DNA of 64,000 nt, from positions 95,170,001 to 95,234,000 of the forward strand of contig OX597819.1 in the NCBI GenBank assembly GCA_951406725.2. Reading direction: 5' to 3'. Within the stretch, counting starts at the first letter, position 1; each line of letters opens with the position of its first letter. Both the position numbers and the translations under genes were made by a program. The notes under the pieces were generated by a model that saw only the letters and a program-made list of their open reading frames with translations, was not told where the DNA came from and did no database searches. Below are positions 26,846 to 39,749 of the stretch, piece by piece. The DNA is from Octopus vulgaris. Lineage: Eukaryota.

Positions 26846-27007
26846 CTATTTCTTTACTACCCACAAGGGGCTAAACACAGAGAGGACAAACAAGGACAGA
26901 CAAACGGATTAAGTCGATTATATCGACCCCAGTGCGTAAGTGGTACTTATTTAATCGACCCCGAAAGGATGAAAGGCAAAGTCGACCTCGGCGGAATTTG
27001 AACTCCG
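26846..27007 (-). mobile_element. SINE family A, 5'-truncated young copy
   Basis: TATTTCTTTACTACCCACAAGGGGCTAAACAC...GGCGGAATTTGAACTC. Confidence 0.9.
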
Positions 27008-27045
27008 GGGTCTCCTCTTTTGTTGTCTTCTTTCTTCTATCTATC

Positions 27046-27115
<70 letters not shown>

Positions 27116-27153
27116 GTTGTCTTACCATTTCTATCTATCTATCTATCTATCTA

Positions 27154-27239
<86 letters not shown>

Positions 27240-27755
27240 TGTATGTATGTATGTATTAGTGATCAGATGCAGAATAGTATAGTTAAGAAGATTCGGGACT
27301 GAATTCACATTTTTATTAATTGTCAAACAAATTTCCGGTCTTTTGTTTTTTTTTCCTCTCTGCACTTAGAGATTTATGAGGATGAGTTAACCTCTTGATC
27401 TTCCTCTGGTCATGGAAGTGTCAGAAAAATAACTCTGAAGAAAGCTATTGTTTTAAGGTGACCTCTTTGAAGCGCAATACTTAAGAAGTACATTTTGTCG
27501 GTCAATTCGATCGCTGGTCGAGGAGCAAACTTTTGTTTCCTATGCATGTGAGGATAGAACTTTTATTATCTCAAGCAGCTATATCACATTTACTCTTTCT
27601 CTTTTTTTTTTTCTAGCGACACAGGGATGAAACTAACTTCCACACAAAATGAATCATGGAGCCACAGAAAATATCTTACTGCATTACCAAACAATGTGTA
27701 CACACAATACGAGGACGTCGTATATTTTATATTGTAACGATTAATATCATAATTC

Positions 27756-28349
27756 GGATCTTTACCTTTTGACCTACAGATTTAAAAAAATAATTCTTTG
27801 TAACTAAACACTTTCAAACTTCGGACACTGGTGGAATGTGTCATATAAGACATATGTTACTCTTAGCATTTTTGAGAAAAATTTATATTTACGAAGTTAT
27901 TTCACGTTAAAGTTGTCCTATTTCAGTAATTTCAACCAATCAATGACGTGTATTCAGCTGAATAAAATTGCTGCTGTTGGTTGTCAACAAGAACTTCCGG
28001 TGGTGTATATTTCGTTTGTCACCGTTATTTATGACAACCCTAACCCTAAAACCTTAAAGCTAAAACCAGTACAAACGAACGAACGATGTCATAAATAACA
28101 GTGACAAACGAAAAATACACCGCCGATAGTTGTTGTTGACAAACAACGACAGTAAGTTTATTCAGCTGCATACACGTCATTGATTGGTTGAAATTCCCGA
28201 AATACGACTACTTTAACGTGAAATAACTTCGTAAATATAAGTTTTTCTTAAAAATGCTAAGAGTAAAAGATGTATAAGTTTGAAGTTTGTCCGAAGTTTG
28301 AAAGTATTTAGTTTATTTTTTAAATCTGTCGGTCAAAAGGTATAGATCC
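27756..28349. mobile_element. foldback MITE (594 bp) with long TIRs, nested in the 5' LTR
   Basis: GGATCTTTACCTTTTGACC...GGTCAAAAGGTATAGATCC; arms stay complementary to the centre (about 28037/28087); 8-bp TSD CATAATTC (27748-27755, 28350-28357); spacer has AACCCTAACCCTAA. Confidence 0.92.
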
Positions 28350-29377
28350 CATAATTCATATGAAATAAATGGCTATCTTCATAATTAGTTAATTCTTCTT
28401 CTTTCATTCGTTTCCCTGCTGCATCATCACCATCATTCAAACTACATCGTTAGCTTCTGTTGACTTTCCAACTTCTCTTCAAATTATGTCGTTACATTTT
28501 GGTGACCCCCAACTCAAGGACAACAGCTTTCTTTACATTTCTAGCGACTGCTGACTCATGAGCAACAGATTTCATTACATTTGGTGGTCTCTGACAAAAG
28601 AATAGCAGCCTTAAAGAATAACAGCCTTCTTCTGAAACAATCACAGCACGTCGTTACAAATAGCAGCATTCTACTCGAGACTCAAGAACTGCACGCCTTC
28701 TAAAATAATTGCACTAATTTGTCACAGATCGATACACAGAGTTGGTTAATTTCGACTTAAAGGAAGTACACACTTTTCTTCAATCAAACATGCAACTTTC
28801 TACGATTAGAGACAAATTCTTTCTTTTAGCAATTAAATCTTGCCTTCAAAAACCAATATGCATCTGGCTTAACATGAAATGCACTGTCTCCAGCTAGCTA
28901 CGAGCCGTCAACCATTGAACAAAACAACATGCAGTCCGATCGAATTCTGCAGTTCCACGCTGTAATCCCGCGGTCAACTTTTAACTGGGCACAACGCGCT
29001 TCTGTCAACCAAAACAATTCAACCGACTGTGATGCATAAAATTACTAAGTTACACAAACCAGGGACGACTCTAGGGTTCTGGCGTCCCAGGCAAGCTGAA
29101 CTTCGGCGTTTTTTAAACCCCAACACAATTATGTTTCAATTTAATGCTAGGAGGTCGAATTCTTCGAAGAAATTCACGTGCATCTATTTTTCTCACTGGC
29201 CGTTTGCATTGCACATTTCAGGCACCCGTATTGTTCACTGCATTATCATTGCATGGCTTTCATCACATGTTTTCTTTTGAATGTTTGCATTTTTCGCAGT
29301 TCTACTGAATTTTTCCCAGGTTGATCAGTCTTCGCATTATTCTATTACATGGAAAATGCGAGCAAGAGAAATAATAT

Positions 29378-29687
29378 TATCGACCCCGAAGGGATGAAAG
29401 GCAAAGTCAACCTCGGCGGAATTTGAACTCAGAAAGTAAAGACAGACGAAATGCCTATTTCTTTACTACCCACAAGGAGCTAAACACTGAGGGGACAAAC
29501 AAGGACAGACAAATGGATTAAGTCGATTACATCGGCCCCAGTGCGTAATTGGTACTTATTTAATCGACCCCGAAAGGATGACAGGCAAAGTCGACCTCGG
29601 CGGAATTTGAACTCAGAACATAACGGCAGCCGAAATACCGCTAAGCATTTCGCCCGGTATGCTAACGTTTCTGCCACCTCGTTGCCT
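29378..29687 (-). mobile_element. SINE family A, full copy plus tandem partial copy
   Basis: Same junction GACGAAAT(A/G)CCTATTTCTTTACTACCC as at 108-135. Confidence 0.9.
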
Positions 29688-29728
29688 TGCGGCCTTAAGA
29701 ATGTTATTCAACTACTACCGTAGTTGAA

Positions 29729-29797
<69 letters not shown>

Positions 29798-31662
29798 GTA
29801 TGTATGTGTGTATGTATGTATGTATGTATGTATGTATGTATGTATGTATGTATGTATATATGAACAAAAAAATGTACATCCATACACCCCATATGCTCAC
29901 ATCCAGTTACACACATGCACCCTTGTATCTAGACAACTTAGCTTTGTAGGATCCTGTGTATACCGTGAGACAGTTTCCTGTCTCTCTCAATACGCCAGCA
30001 TGTCACACTTTGCTGTCTTGCTTACCCAAAGCAAATGTACACGAAACACAGCATGTACACTTCTATCTGAAAATTTGCAAATTATATCATGGATTGAGAA
30101 TGCACTCTCTCGCCTCGGCTTCTTTCAATGAAAGCCTGCAGCTGCACCGTTCTCTCGTACATGTATACGCAACTCACTACTGAATCACGCGCACGCTCAA
30201 TGCTGCCCGATGTCAACGCCCAGACTGTACACCATGCACGCAAAGCAACAGTGAACTACTTGGACCCACTTGAATAAATAACTGTCCCGTATACATCACC
30301 TCAGTTCCTTTCTCTTGATATCCATGATTTTTCTTGGCCTTACATTATATCAATCTGTAATTTTACATCTTGCAATGACAATTTTGACCGTTCTGCAATG
30401 TTCACAATGCACATCCCTGCAATTTTTCCCAGTATCGATTCTTTGTCTCCGACAAATTATCTGGGAGGGAAAGTGTTTTAGAGACCAGCTTCAGTATAGC
30501 TAAGAGGATTCGAAAACGAATCCATGCGGATTTTATTAATTGTCAAACAATTTTCCCCTCTTTTGTTTTCTCCTGAACTTTATGAGGATGAGTCTATCTC
30601 TTGACCTTCCTCTGGTCATGGAAGGGCCAGAAAGATAATTGTGGAGATATCTATTGCTGACCTACTTTAATTGCCAAATTTAATAAATGGACTAAAGAGA
30701 GCAGGAGGAGACACGTGGTATGGAGAGTCGTTGAAGAGGTCACAGGATGTGCGACGAAAGATTTTAGACAAAGGACACTAAAATAAGAATGATAATAAAG
30801 ATGAAATGAAGAACAATTATATAGTACGTGAGGTTAAATGAGCAAACAAAAAAATATGACCGTCTCCAAATACAACAATAATAAATACTCTCTTTCGGTC
30901 AATTCGACAGCTGACCGAGGAGCAAACTTTTGTTCCTTACGCGTGCGAGGATAGAACTTTATCTCAAGCTGCTTATATCACCATTACTCTTTCTCTTTCT
31001 CTCTAGCAGCATAGGTATGAAACTAGCTTCCATTTAGAATGAACCATGGATCCATAAAAAATATCTTACTGCATTTACAAACAATGTGTACACAAAACAA
31101 CGCGAGGGCATCGTATATTGTGTATTGGGATCTTTTCTATTTGGCTACCAATTTTCAATTTCTGTTCGAATTGATTCATATTCAGTGTAATGATATATTT
31201 TTATTTACTAATCATTGCCTTGAAATTCATATTCACCATAAATCAATAAATAAAGAGTTATTAATTTTTAATATTTGAAAATTTTGAGTTACTTTAGCCA
31301 TAGTAACAAGCAAGCATGAGAACTCTTTTGTCTCTGAGAAAGCACGTATTGACAAATATATTCTATTCATTGAGGCGGTGGTGAGATGTGCTAGAAAATA
31401 ACAGCTAAATAGCCCTTAAGAGATTCAGCTTGGAAAACTACATTAATGTACCAAATTTTAAAATTTTCAATAAACTTTGAATTTTCGAAAATTGGCAGTC
31501 AAACTGAAAACGACTAATATCATGATTAATATGAAATAAGTATCCATCTTCATAATCAATTAATTATTCTTCAGTCATTCATTTTCCCACTGAATCATAA
31601 TCATTATTCAAACTTCATTGTTACCTTCGGGTGACTTCCCGACTTCTCTTCAAATTATGTCC

Positions 31663-31845
<183 letters not shown>

Positions 31846-31849
31846 TTAA

Positions 31850-34470
31850 TTTAAATAATTTGGGAAAACGAATTTCCAAATCAATCAGGTACAACCCTTT
31901 AGCACTACATGCATCTGCATATCGTACAGTGGGGTCTTGATTATCATATATTTATATATTTATCTAGAAATATGCAAAATATATAATAGAAATCAATAAT
32001 AATTCAGTTTGGGGGATTAATAGATATGCAGGTATTCTATTTAAGATAATACAAAAAAATAAAATAACCTAATGTGTATATCTGAAGGTAAATTCGTGGT
32101 GTCTATTTGCACATCACGTAATAATACTTTAAAGAATATAAACAGTATACCAGCAGCGTATAAAATATACTTTCTTAATTATCTCCTACTTAAGTTAAAA
32201 TTAAAATTATCAATTATGAAGGAACTACAATGCGTGGCCATTAGATTCAAGGGTGGGGCTCAGTATTTCATTTTATTGAAAGTAAAATTACTTTTGTGTC
32301 TACATTTACTCCTCGTTCATCGTATGTGTTTAGTAATTTATCTCTAGACTCTAGCAGTTTCATAAATTCTGTTATACATAATAAACACATTTTATTCCCA
32401 ATATTATAAGAGTGGGCTCTGCCTATTATACTCCAACTAAGAGTGTAATCTCTTTTTCTAGATTTTATTTCCCATATATATGTACTTAAAGCTGTGGACT
32501 TGAATTAGGATTTTTGAAAGTCTGGTAGCGTTGGGAGAGTCTTTTTTTAAATTTCATTACCTGTAGATCCTGTTTAAACCTTATTTATAATTTTATTATT
32601 ATTGTTCTTAGAGCTTATTACACATTTATAAATTACATTATCAATATTATAATTATTAGAGAGCTTACATTTAGTCTTATCACGACATGAACATTTTTCT
32701 ATCTTTTGATTAGGACTCCCATCACTATTGGTTACATTATGGCTAAAGCTATTATTTATTCTTCTATTATAATAATTATTTAATTTCTTATTATTTATAG
32801 AGGAAATGATATTGCCTACATTCCTCGATGTTGAGTGGCCTACTCTTATGGTTTTATTGGAAAATATATTTGAATAAATGTTGTCCTTATTAAAAAACAT
32901 TTTTAGAATTTTAAGTGTCTCCTTAAAAATATTAGTCATCATTTGAGCCCCATACGAAATAATTAACCATATAATATCCTTTTTAATTTTTATTTTTTAT
33001 ATTTTTTATATTATCATTATTAAACATCATCGGTATTAAAGTGTTATTCTTAGGTGTATTATATCTCCGCTTGTATAATTTACTATGTTTCTTACTATTG
33101 ATCGTATTCTCATTATCAATATTACTATTATTATTGTAATCATTAATATTATTGTAATCATTGTTTTTATCCTTAGTTTCTTATATTGTCTTTTATTTCA
33201 TATTTTTGCTGTTAGAATTATTATTAGGATTAAGGTTGTTCGTAATAATTAAAGAATTTTATATTAGAGTTATACCCTGCGTCTTTTAATGCCTTATTAT
33301 AATATGGGACATTTATATTAAAAGTGTCATAATCTGAGGATAGCATAGATATTCTTTTGCCTATATTATCTATTAAAGCGTCTTTAACTGATCCAGGATG
33401 TTTACTTAAAGAACTAATAGTATACATTAAATTTTCATTCAACTTATGGAATGGATGGATCTTATTAGTGACAAGATTAAGGTTGACGTCTAGATAATTT
33501 ACTGCATAGTGTTCATTCTCTATAGATATTCCCAGACCATAATTCTTAAAGAACTTGTACATTTTCTTCTTAAGGCATTCAAATGAACTATTAGCACAGT
33601 TCCTGGTTATAAGTAGTAGGTCGTCCCTATAAAGAACACCCTTTGTATTCGTAAATTCTATCTGTAGTTCAGATAAAAGATATAACCCTACAAGATCGGT
33701 AACTTGGACAGAATCAGGGGCACATGATCTCTTGTGTCTTTTCTTGCTCATAGTTTATATTTCATTATTTATATTTCATAATAAACTTCCTCGCGGCCAA
33801 CGCCACTTTGACTTCTTCAAATAACATATTTACCTTTTTCATGGCATATGACAGGGCTTTATTTAAAACACTTCATTGAAAGATGAATAATAATTCTCTA
33901 TATTAATTTTAAACAATTTACATCTATTTTTATCCTGAATATTATCAAACCATTTAATAGTGTCACGGATACAATTCCAGAGTTTAAGATTACCTAACCT
34001 ATTTAATTTATCTATATATTTATCTAATATCAATTTACTAAGTCTGCCTATGTCTGACTTGCTAGGGCATATTAACCTTATTTGGGGGTTAGAGTAAAAA
34101 TTATTCTTATGGTCTTTAATCGTTATTCTTAGATGCATCGGGACATATGATTCAGATCTATTTTCAATACCATATTTAACCATAATTTGTTTGGAGATTA
34201 TGTTAATATTATCTAGATAATTTTTATTAACTACTTTAAATTTTTACATTATTTCCTTTTCGAGTAGATTATCATAAAGTGGTGTATCCAGCCTGTATAA
34301 GTTCCTGGTCTTATCAGATTGTACTATAATTCCATCCTGGTTCTTTGATTTTTCTATTTTACTAGCCAAGTTGCCGAGGTGCTTGTCGTGTCTGTTAGGG
34401 TATATTTTGAATTTGATATATTTCACCATATTCCGTATTTTCTTAGTACTTGAATAGATTATATAAATAA
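31850..34470 (-). mobile_element. Penelope-like element (Naiad-like), near-complete RT and GIY-YIG, pseudogenised
   Basis: SDKTRNLY; ITIKDHKNNF..PQIRLICPSKSDIGRLSK; INIENYYSS; VTDLVGLYLL; LYRDDLL; VNYLDVNLNL; SKHP; CSCRDKTKC...VIYKC; TGST; STALSTYIW; CLLC..E; CRHK. Confidence 0.92.
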
Positions 34471-34609
34471 TTACATAAATAAATGAAATATTACTAAAAA
34501 TTATAACAAATTATATATATCCTTCAATATAGATTGAAGATAATAATAGAAGATAATTTAGATTACACTATGCATAGTGGAATTACCCCCCCCTCCTCTT
34601 GGTACTAAT

Positions 34610-36045
34610 CACCTATAAATTCCCATAGTGCTCTGCTACCTTCATTTCCCGAAGAAATTGACGAATGTTGCCGATGTGCATGTGTGTGAGCGTGTGTGGA
34701 GTGGACATGCGTGGAAAGGTGTTGCTATAGCAACCAGCTAGCTTCTTGTAACTCTTTTCTGTTGTTGATATTTGGTTTTCTTTGGTGTATGAGGATGACC
34801 TCAGAGATTCTGAGGTTGCCCCTGTTCCGCTGTGTTGCCCTGATGTGCATTGTGAATTCCCGGGTCTGGCATTTTCGTAGATGTTTCTTCTGCCTGCATG
34901 TGTTCCTTTATGCAGATATACAGTTTTCTTGTGCTTCCTATGTAGGATGCACCACATTTGCAACAGATGATCTCGTATAGAACATAGGTCCTCTGACACA
35001 ATTCAGGGTCATTAATGTGACAGTTCGATAATGTGCACTCCTCGGAGTAGTGAGAGGTGTTGTTCTTGGACAGAGCTTTTCTCACAGAAGGGCTGATGTG
35101 CACTATCTGTGTGTCGAGTCCTTCTCTGCGGACTGTGTGTTGTATCGCTGCAGTAGATCTGTGGTCAAAATGTGGTATCTTTAGGAAGCACGTGCCGGAC
35201 TTGGGAGTTTATTGACCCTGATATACATTTTAGGCGCCGTTGTTTGGCTAAAGATGGTGGGTAGCCATTCAGGGTTAAGGCTCTGAGGAACTGTTTAGTG
35301 TTGACGGCTTTGTCAATCACTTCGCTGCAATTGTGGTTTATACGTGCAATCTCGTTTCTCACGTATGCGGCTTTGGCTCTGGTGGGTTTGGGTGTTCAAT
35401 CTCGAAATTGATGTTTATGTCGATGTTATTGAAGGTCCGGTGTATGTTAATGGCCTTATCCCTGAAGGACGTGATGATAAGGATGTCATCAACGTACCTG
35501 CAGAAGAAGATGCATGAGCGGCACGTGTTGAGTGCTGTGCGTTCTAGCTTATTCTTATACGTGATGGCCAGCAGGCCTGAAAGGCCAGATCCCATAGGTC
35601 GGCTGGAAGTCTGTTTGTAAATCACACCGTTATTTTGGAAATAGGTGTTACTAATCATAATAGTTAGTAACTCTCGTATGTCCGAGGGTGTGAGGCCAAA
35701 GTCCTGGAAGTTGATGGATGGGGAGGTGGGAGATGAAGAGGAGGAGAAGGTTGCAGAAGAGGGAAGAAGAAATTAGGTTGGAGGTTGGGGGAAGGAGATG
35801 TGAGAGGAGATAAGGACGTGATGTGGTCTATGAGGATATCGACGACCGTAAGTGTGGGTACAGAGGTGTAGAGGAAAACTGCGTCTAAGCTAAAAAGGTG
35901 TTTGTTAGTTTTAAGATATCTTTGAGTCTTGTGAAGATTTCGTGGGAGCTGCTGACGTGTCCATGGAATGCGTGTTGTAAGGGCTTGAGAGGTTTAGAGA
36001 GGAGCCTAGAAATCTTATAGAAAGGACCGTTAATTCCTGATACTG
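34610..36045 (-). mobile_element. Penelope-like element (Penelope/Poseidon-like), RT and GIY-YIG with internal deletion
   Basis: SGINGPFYKISRLL..PLKPL; LYTSVP; YFQNNGVIYKQ..PMGSGLSGLLA; FCRYVDDILI; NGYP; VLYEIICCKCGASYIGST. Confidence 0.9.
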
Positions 36046-36524
36046 CGCGTGCGTGCGTCCGTGCGTGTGTGCGCGTGTGTGTGGTAGCGTGTGTGTGTAT
36101 GTATGTGGTAGCGTGTGTATGTATGGTAACGTGTGTGTGAGGCAGTAACTGCGTGTCTGTGTGTGTGCATGTGTGGGACATTAACTTTGTGTGTGTGTGT
36201 TTGTGTGTGTGTGTGCTAGGATCTGTGCCGGAGGTAGGATCTATGTATGTGTGCGTTAATGTCACTCTGAGAGGTGAGTACCTATAGTGACAGGTGTGCT
36301 AATGGATGGGGGTGGCCGTGCATGTGTGTATGTTTGCATGTGTGCGTAGATGGAAGGGTCAGTAGTGAGTCAGAGGCAATCTGAAGAGTGTGTGAATGGG
36401 TGGCTGTATGGCTGTGTGTATGTGCGTGCATGCGTGCGTGTGTGCGCGCGCGCGCGTTGGCATGCGTGCGTAGACGTCGTGGGAATGTGTATGTGTGTGT
36501 GTGTGTGCACATGTGCATGGGTGC

Positions 36525-36570
<46 letters not shown>

Positions 36571-36749
36571 GAATATAAATATGTGTGTGTGTTTAAGTAA
36601 ACGCTTGGTTGTCTTTTATTCTTTCAACGAGTATATCTGTGAGTAAGCAGTCTTTATCTGCGAAAATATGCTTGAAAACTTATGTTTGTAGCTGTTTATG
36701 ATTCATTGTGTGTATGTGTGTGTGCGGCGTGTGTTTTAGCATTCGTATG

Positions 36750-36992
36750 TGTGCATGTTTTAGCGTGTATATTTGGCATGTGTTGTTTAGCGTGTTTTAG
36801 CGTGTGTATTTGGCATGTGTCATTTAGCGTGTTTTAGCGTGTGTATTTGGCATGTGTCATTTAGCGTGTTTTAGCGTGTGTATTTGGCATGTGTCATTTA
36901 GCGTGTTTTAGCGTGTGTATTTGGCATGTGTCATTTAGCGTGTTTTAGCGTGTGTATTTGGCATGTGTCATTTAGCATGTTTTAGCGTGTGT
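36750..36992. repeat. 37-bp minisatellite, about 6.5 copies (TTTAGCGTGTTTTAGCGTGTGTATTTGGCATGTGTCA)
   Basis: GGCATG recurs at 36775, 36812, 36849, 36886, 36923 and 36960. Confidence 0.9.
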
Positions 36993-37229
36993 AAATGTGT
37001 GTATACAAACTGTAAGGCATTCAAATAATTTCCTGAAGTTTTCTGTACAAATGAAGAACACACAAACATATTCCCGTAGAGCTGTGCACGCATAAATATA
37101 CATATGATTGCAATTGTGCATATGTATATGTATGTATCTGTTTGAGTAAGTAATCCTTTACACATGCATGTATGTATTTCTCTCTCTCTTTCTGTGTATA
37201 TGTGTGTTTGTGTATGCGAGTACATGTGT

Positions 37230-37276
37230 ATGTGTGTGTGTATGTATGTATGTATGTATGTATATATGTATATATG

Positions 37277-37311
<35 letters not shown>

Positions 37312-37370
37312 GTATGTAGGTATGTATGTATGTATGTATGTATGTATATATATGTATGTATGTATGTATG

Positions 37371-37406
<36 letters not shown>

Positions 37407-37652
37407 TGTATGTATGTATGTAGGTAGGTAGGTAGGTATGAATGAATGTATGTATGTATGTATGTATGTATGTATGTATGTATGTATGTATGTATGTATG
37501 TATGTATGTATGTATGTATGTAGGTAGGTAGGTAGGTAGGTATGAATGTATGTATGTATGTATGTATGTATGTATGTATGTATGTATGTATGTATGTATG
37601 TATGTATGTATGTATGTAGGTAGGTATGAATGTATGTATGTATGTATGTATG

Positions 37653-37688
<36 letters not shown>

Positions 37689-37752
37689 GGTTTGTAGGTA
37701 TGAATGTATGAATGTATGTATGTATGTATGTATGTATGTATGTATGTATGTA
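37230..37752. repeat. long (TATG)n compound microsatellite with TAGG/TGAA variants
   Basis: Direct reading. Confidence 0.95.
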
Positions 37753-38022
37753 CAGTTACACATGTGCACTTATACATTGCGTAAGCTGCAAATCGCATTC
37801 GTTACAGTAGAATGCATATACACACACGCGCGCACGCGTGCATTTACATGTTTCGAAGTCTTTGTAGAATCGTTGAACGCTTTCTGTGTAAATAAAGTTT
37901 TACATACGTACAATTATACATACATAATACAATGTGTACGTGCTTGTGCATATATGTATACATAATAATATACTTCAACACACCCGCAAACGGATCCGCA
38001 TATTCATGGACACGTGTGTCCA

Positions 38023-38060
<38 letters not shown>

Positions 38061-39520
38061 AGCAAGCATGACCACCCACAGTCACAAACTCATTTATTTT
38101 CAACTTATTCCTGCAAGCAAAAATCCATCTATGTGTAGTGCTGATTACTTTCCTGCCACGAGTCAACGCGAGAGCTTCTAAGTTTGTCGATGACCCCGCG
38201 AGAAATAGAATACCATCTCTCTCAAATAATACTCTATCCCCTTAGAAAAGGAAGGATTTATCGAATAATACAGTATTAGATGTACTGCATATGAAAAACT
38301 AAAGCAAAACCTTAATCACATGTCAACAATAATAACGTCTAAAACGTACCTGAAGACACACCTGTACAAATCTCCACGCAGAATAGTTATTTAAAACACA
38401 TTAATCCCTTGTCGGTTGCGACGAGGAATAATTCCAGTTGCTTGACCAATTGAATTGTAATGTAAATGGTTGAGTATTCCATAGATTCTTCTGCACATAA
38501 AGAAGCTGAATCAGCGTGGTACAATGATTGACAAAGCTACAGCTTTTTGGATTACGGGTACATTCTTTCCGACGGATTTCCACGCAGTTTGTCTATCCAA
38601 TTTAATTCACATGGCTCGGGTCGATCTGAGCCTACGGTAAAAGACACTTGCTCACGATGCTATTCGGTAGGATTGAACACGGGACCTCATGATTGTGAAG
38701 TGTACTTCTTCACAACTCGTCCATAAACTGTATTCATTATATACTCGCGCACGCTCACGCACGTACGTACACCGCACACCTACACACACATACACATACT
38801 TACACAATCTACTCAGATATATGTATACATGTAATTTTAGTTATTTAGTTGGAGACTGAAGACAATGCCCATAGCACTTATACCCTTCGCATCTTCCATT
38901 TGATTTCGTGTTCACGTATCAGTGTTGGGAAGTTCAAAAGCACCTTATTAAGTGCCTTCAAAAGGGCAAAAAATAGGGTAATAAAGGGAATCCTTGCAAC
39001 TCATAACTTAACTTTGAATTAATACCCATTTCGTCCTATATGCATAGAAACTAAACTCGAAACCCGAGGGACAAATCGAAGGTCACCACGTTCATAAATA
39101 TCTTCGTTTTTTAGTCAACATATCCGTAACTGTAGTAAGGGCACATTCAGCCAAGTTTGTTGTTGAGGAGGGTGAAACACTGGCTGAGCTTTTATTACAT
39201 TTAGTACACCTTGGATATCCACCCACAAGAAGCGTTGTTTTGAAGCATAGCTCAAGTTCACAATGTCTTCACTTTGCTTCTTCATTAGCTCGTTGATCTT
39301 ATCGAATTCCATTTTAACCAGGCAGTCTTTATTTTCCCAGGTATAGAGAAATGGCGGAGCAATCCTAGAAGAGAAATTTATCTGCTTCAGATAAATGAAT
39401 CTGTCTCTCAAGTCATCGGAGAGGTTGGGCAGATGTTCTAAGATTATTTGTAAGACATGTGAAGTGTGAGATTAAGATAAAAGCGATGAATAAAAAGAGG
39501 AGAGTAGAAATGAAGAAAAG

Positions 39521-39557
<37 letters not shown>

Positions 39558-39564
39558 AAATAGT

Positions 39565-39696
39565 CTTGCTTGGAATAGCTTGAATACTCCGGATGGTGCT
39601 CGAAAAATAAGATGTGTTACCTTAGTTCACTGGTAGTGAACAACTGATACCGTAGTACATTTCCAGCGTTAGAAGCTGTGCAATGACAATAAAATA
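39565..39696 (+). mobile_element. extreme 3' end of a Dong/R4-type LINE (severely 5'-truncated copy)
   Basis: Aligns to 42444-42567 (GAATACTCCGGAT.GTGCTCGAAAAATAAG...TTAGTTCACTGGTAGTGAA...AGAAGCTGTGCAA.GACAATAAA); lies between (GAT)n tracts. Confidence 0.88.

Positions 39697-39748
<52 letters not shown>

Positions 39749-39749
<1 letters not shown>

Noticed and set aside
28036-28060. Interstitial telomere or chromosome fusion scar
   Set aside because: Only about two CCCTAA units, located inside a MITE spacer.
31880-31940. Hammerhead in the 3' UTR of the second Naiad-like element
   Set aside because: ACCCC/GGGGT stem and a CTGTACGA core-like word on minus, but no GAAA; too degenerate to call.
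36750-36992. CRISPR-like periodicity (37 bp)
   Set aside because: Units are contiguous with no unique spacers; eukaryotic context, no cas genes.
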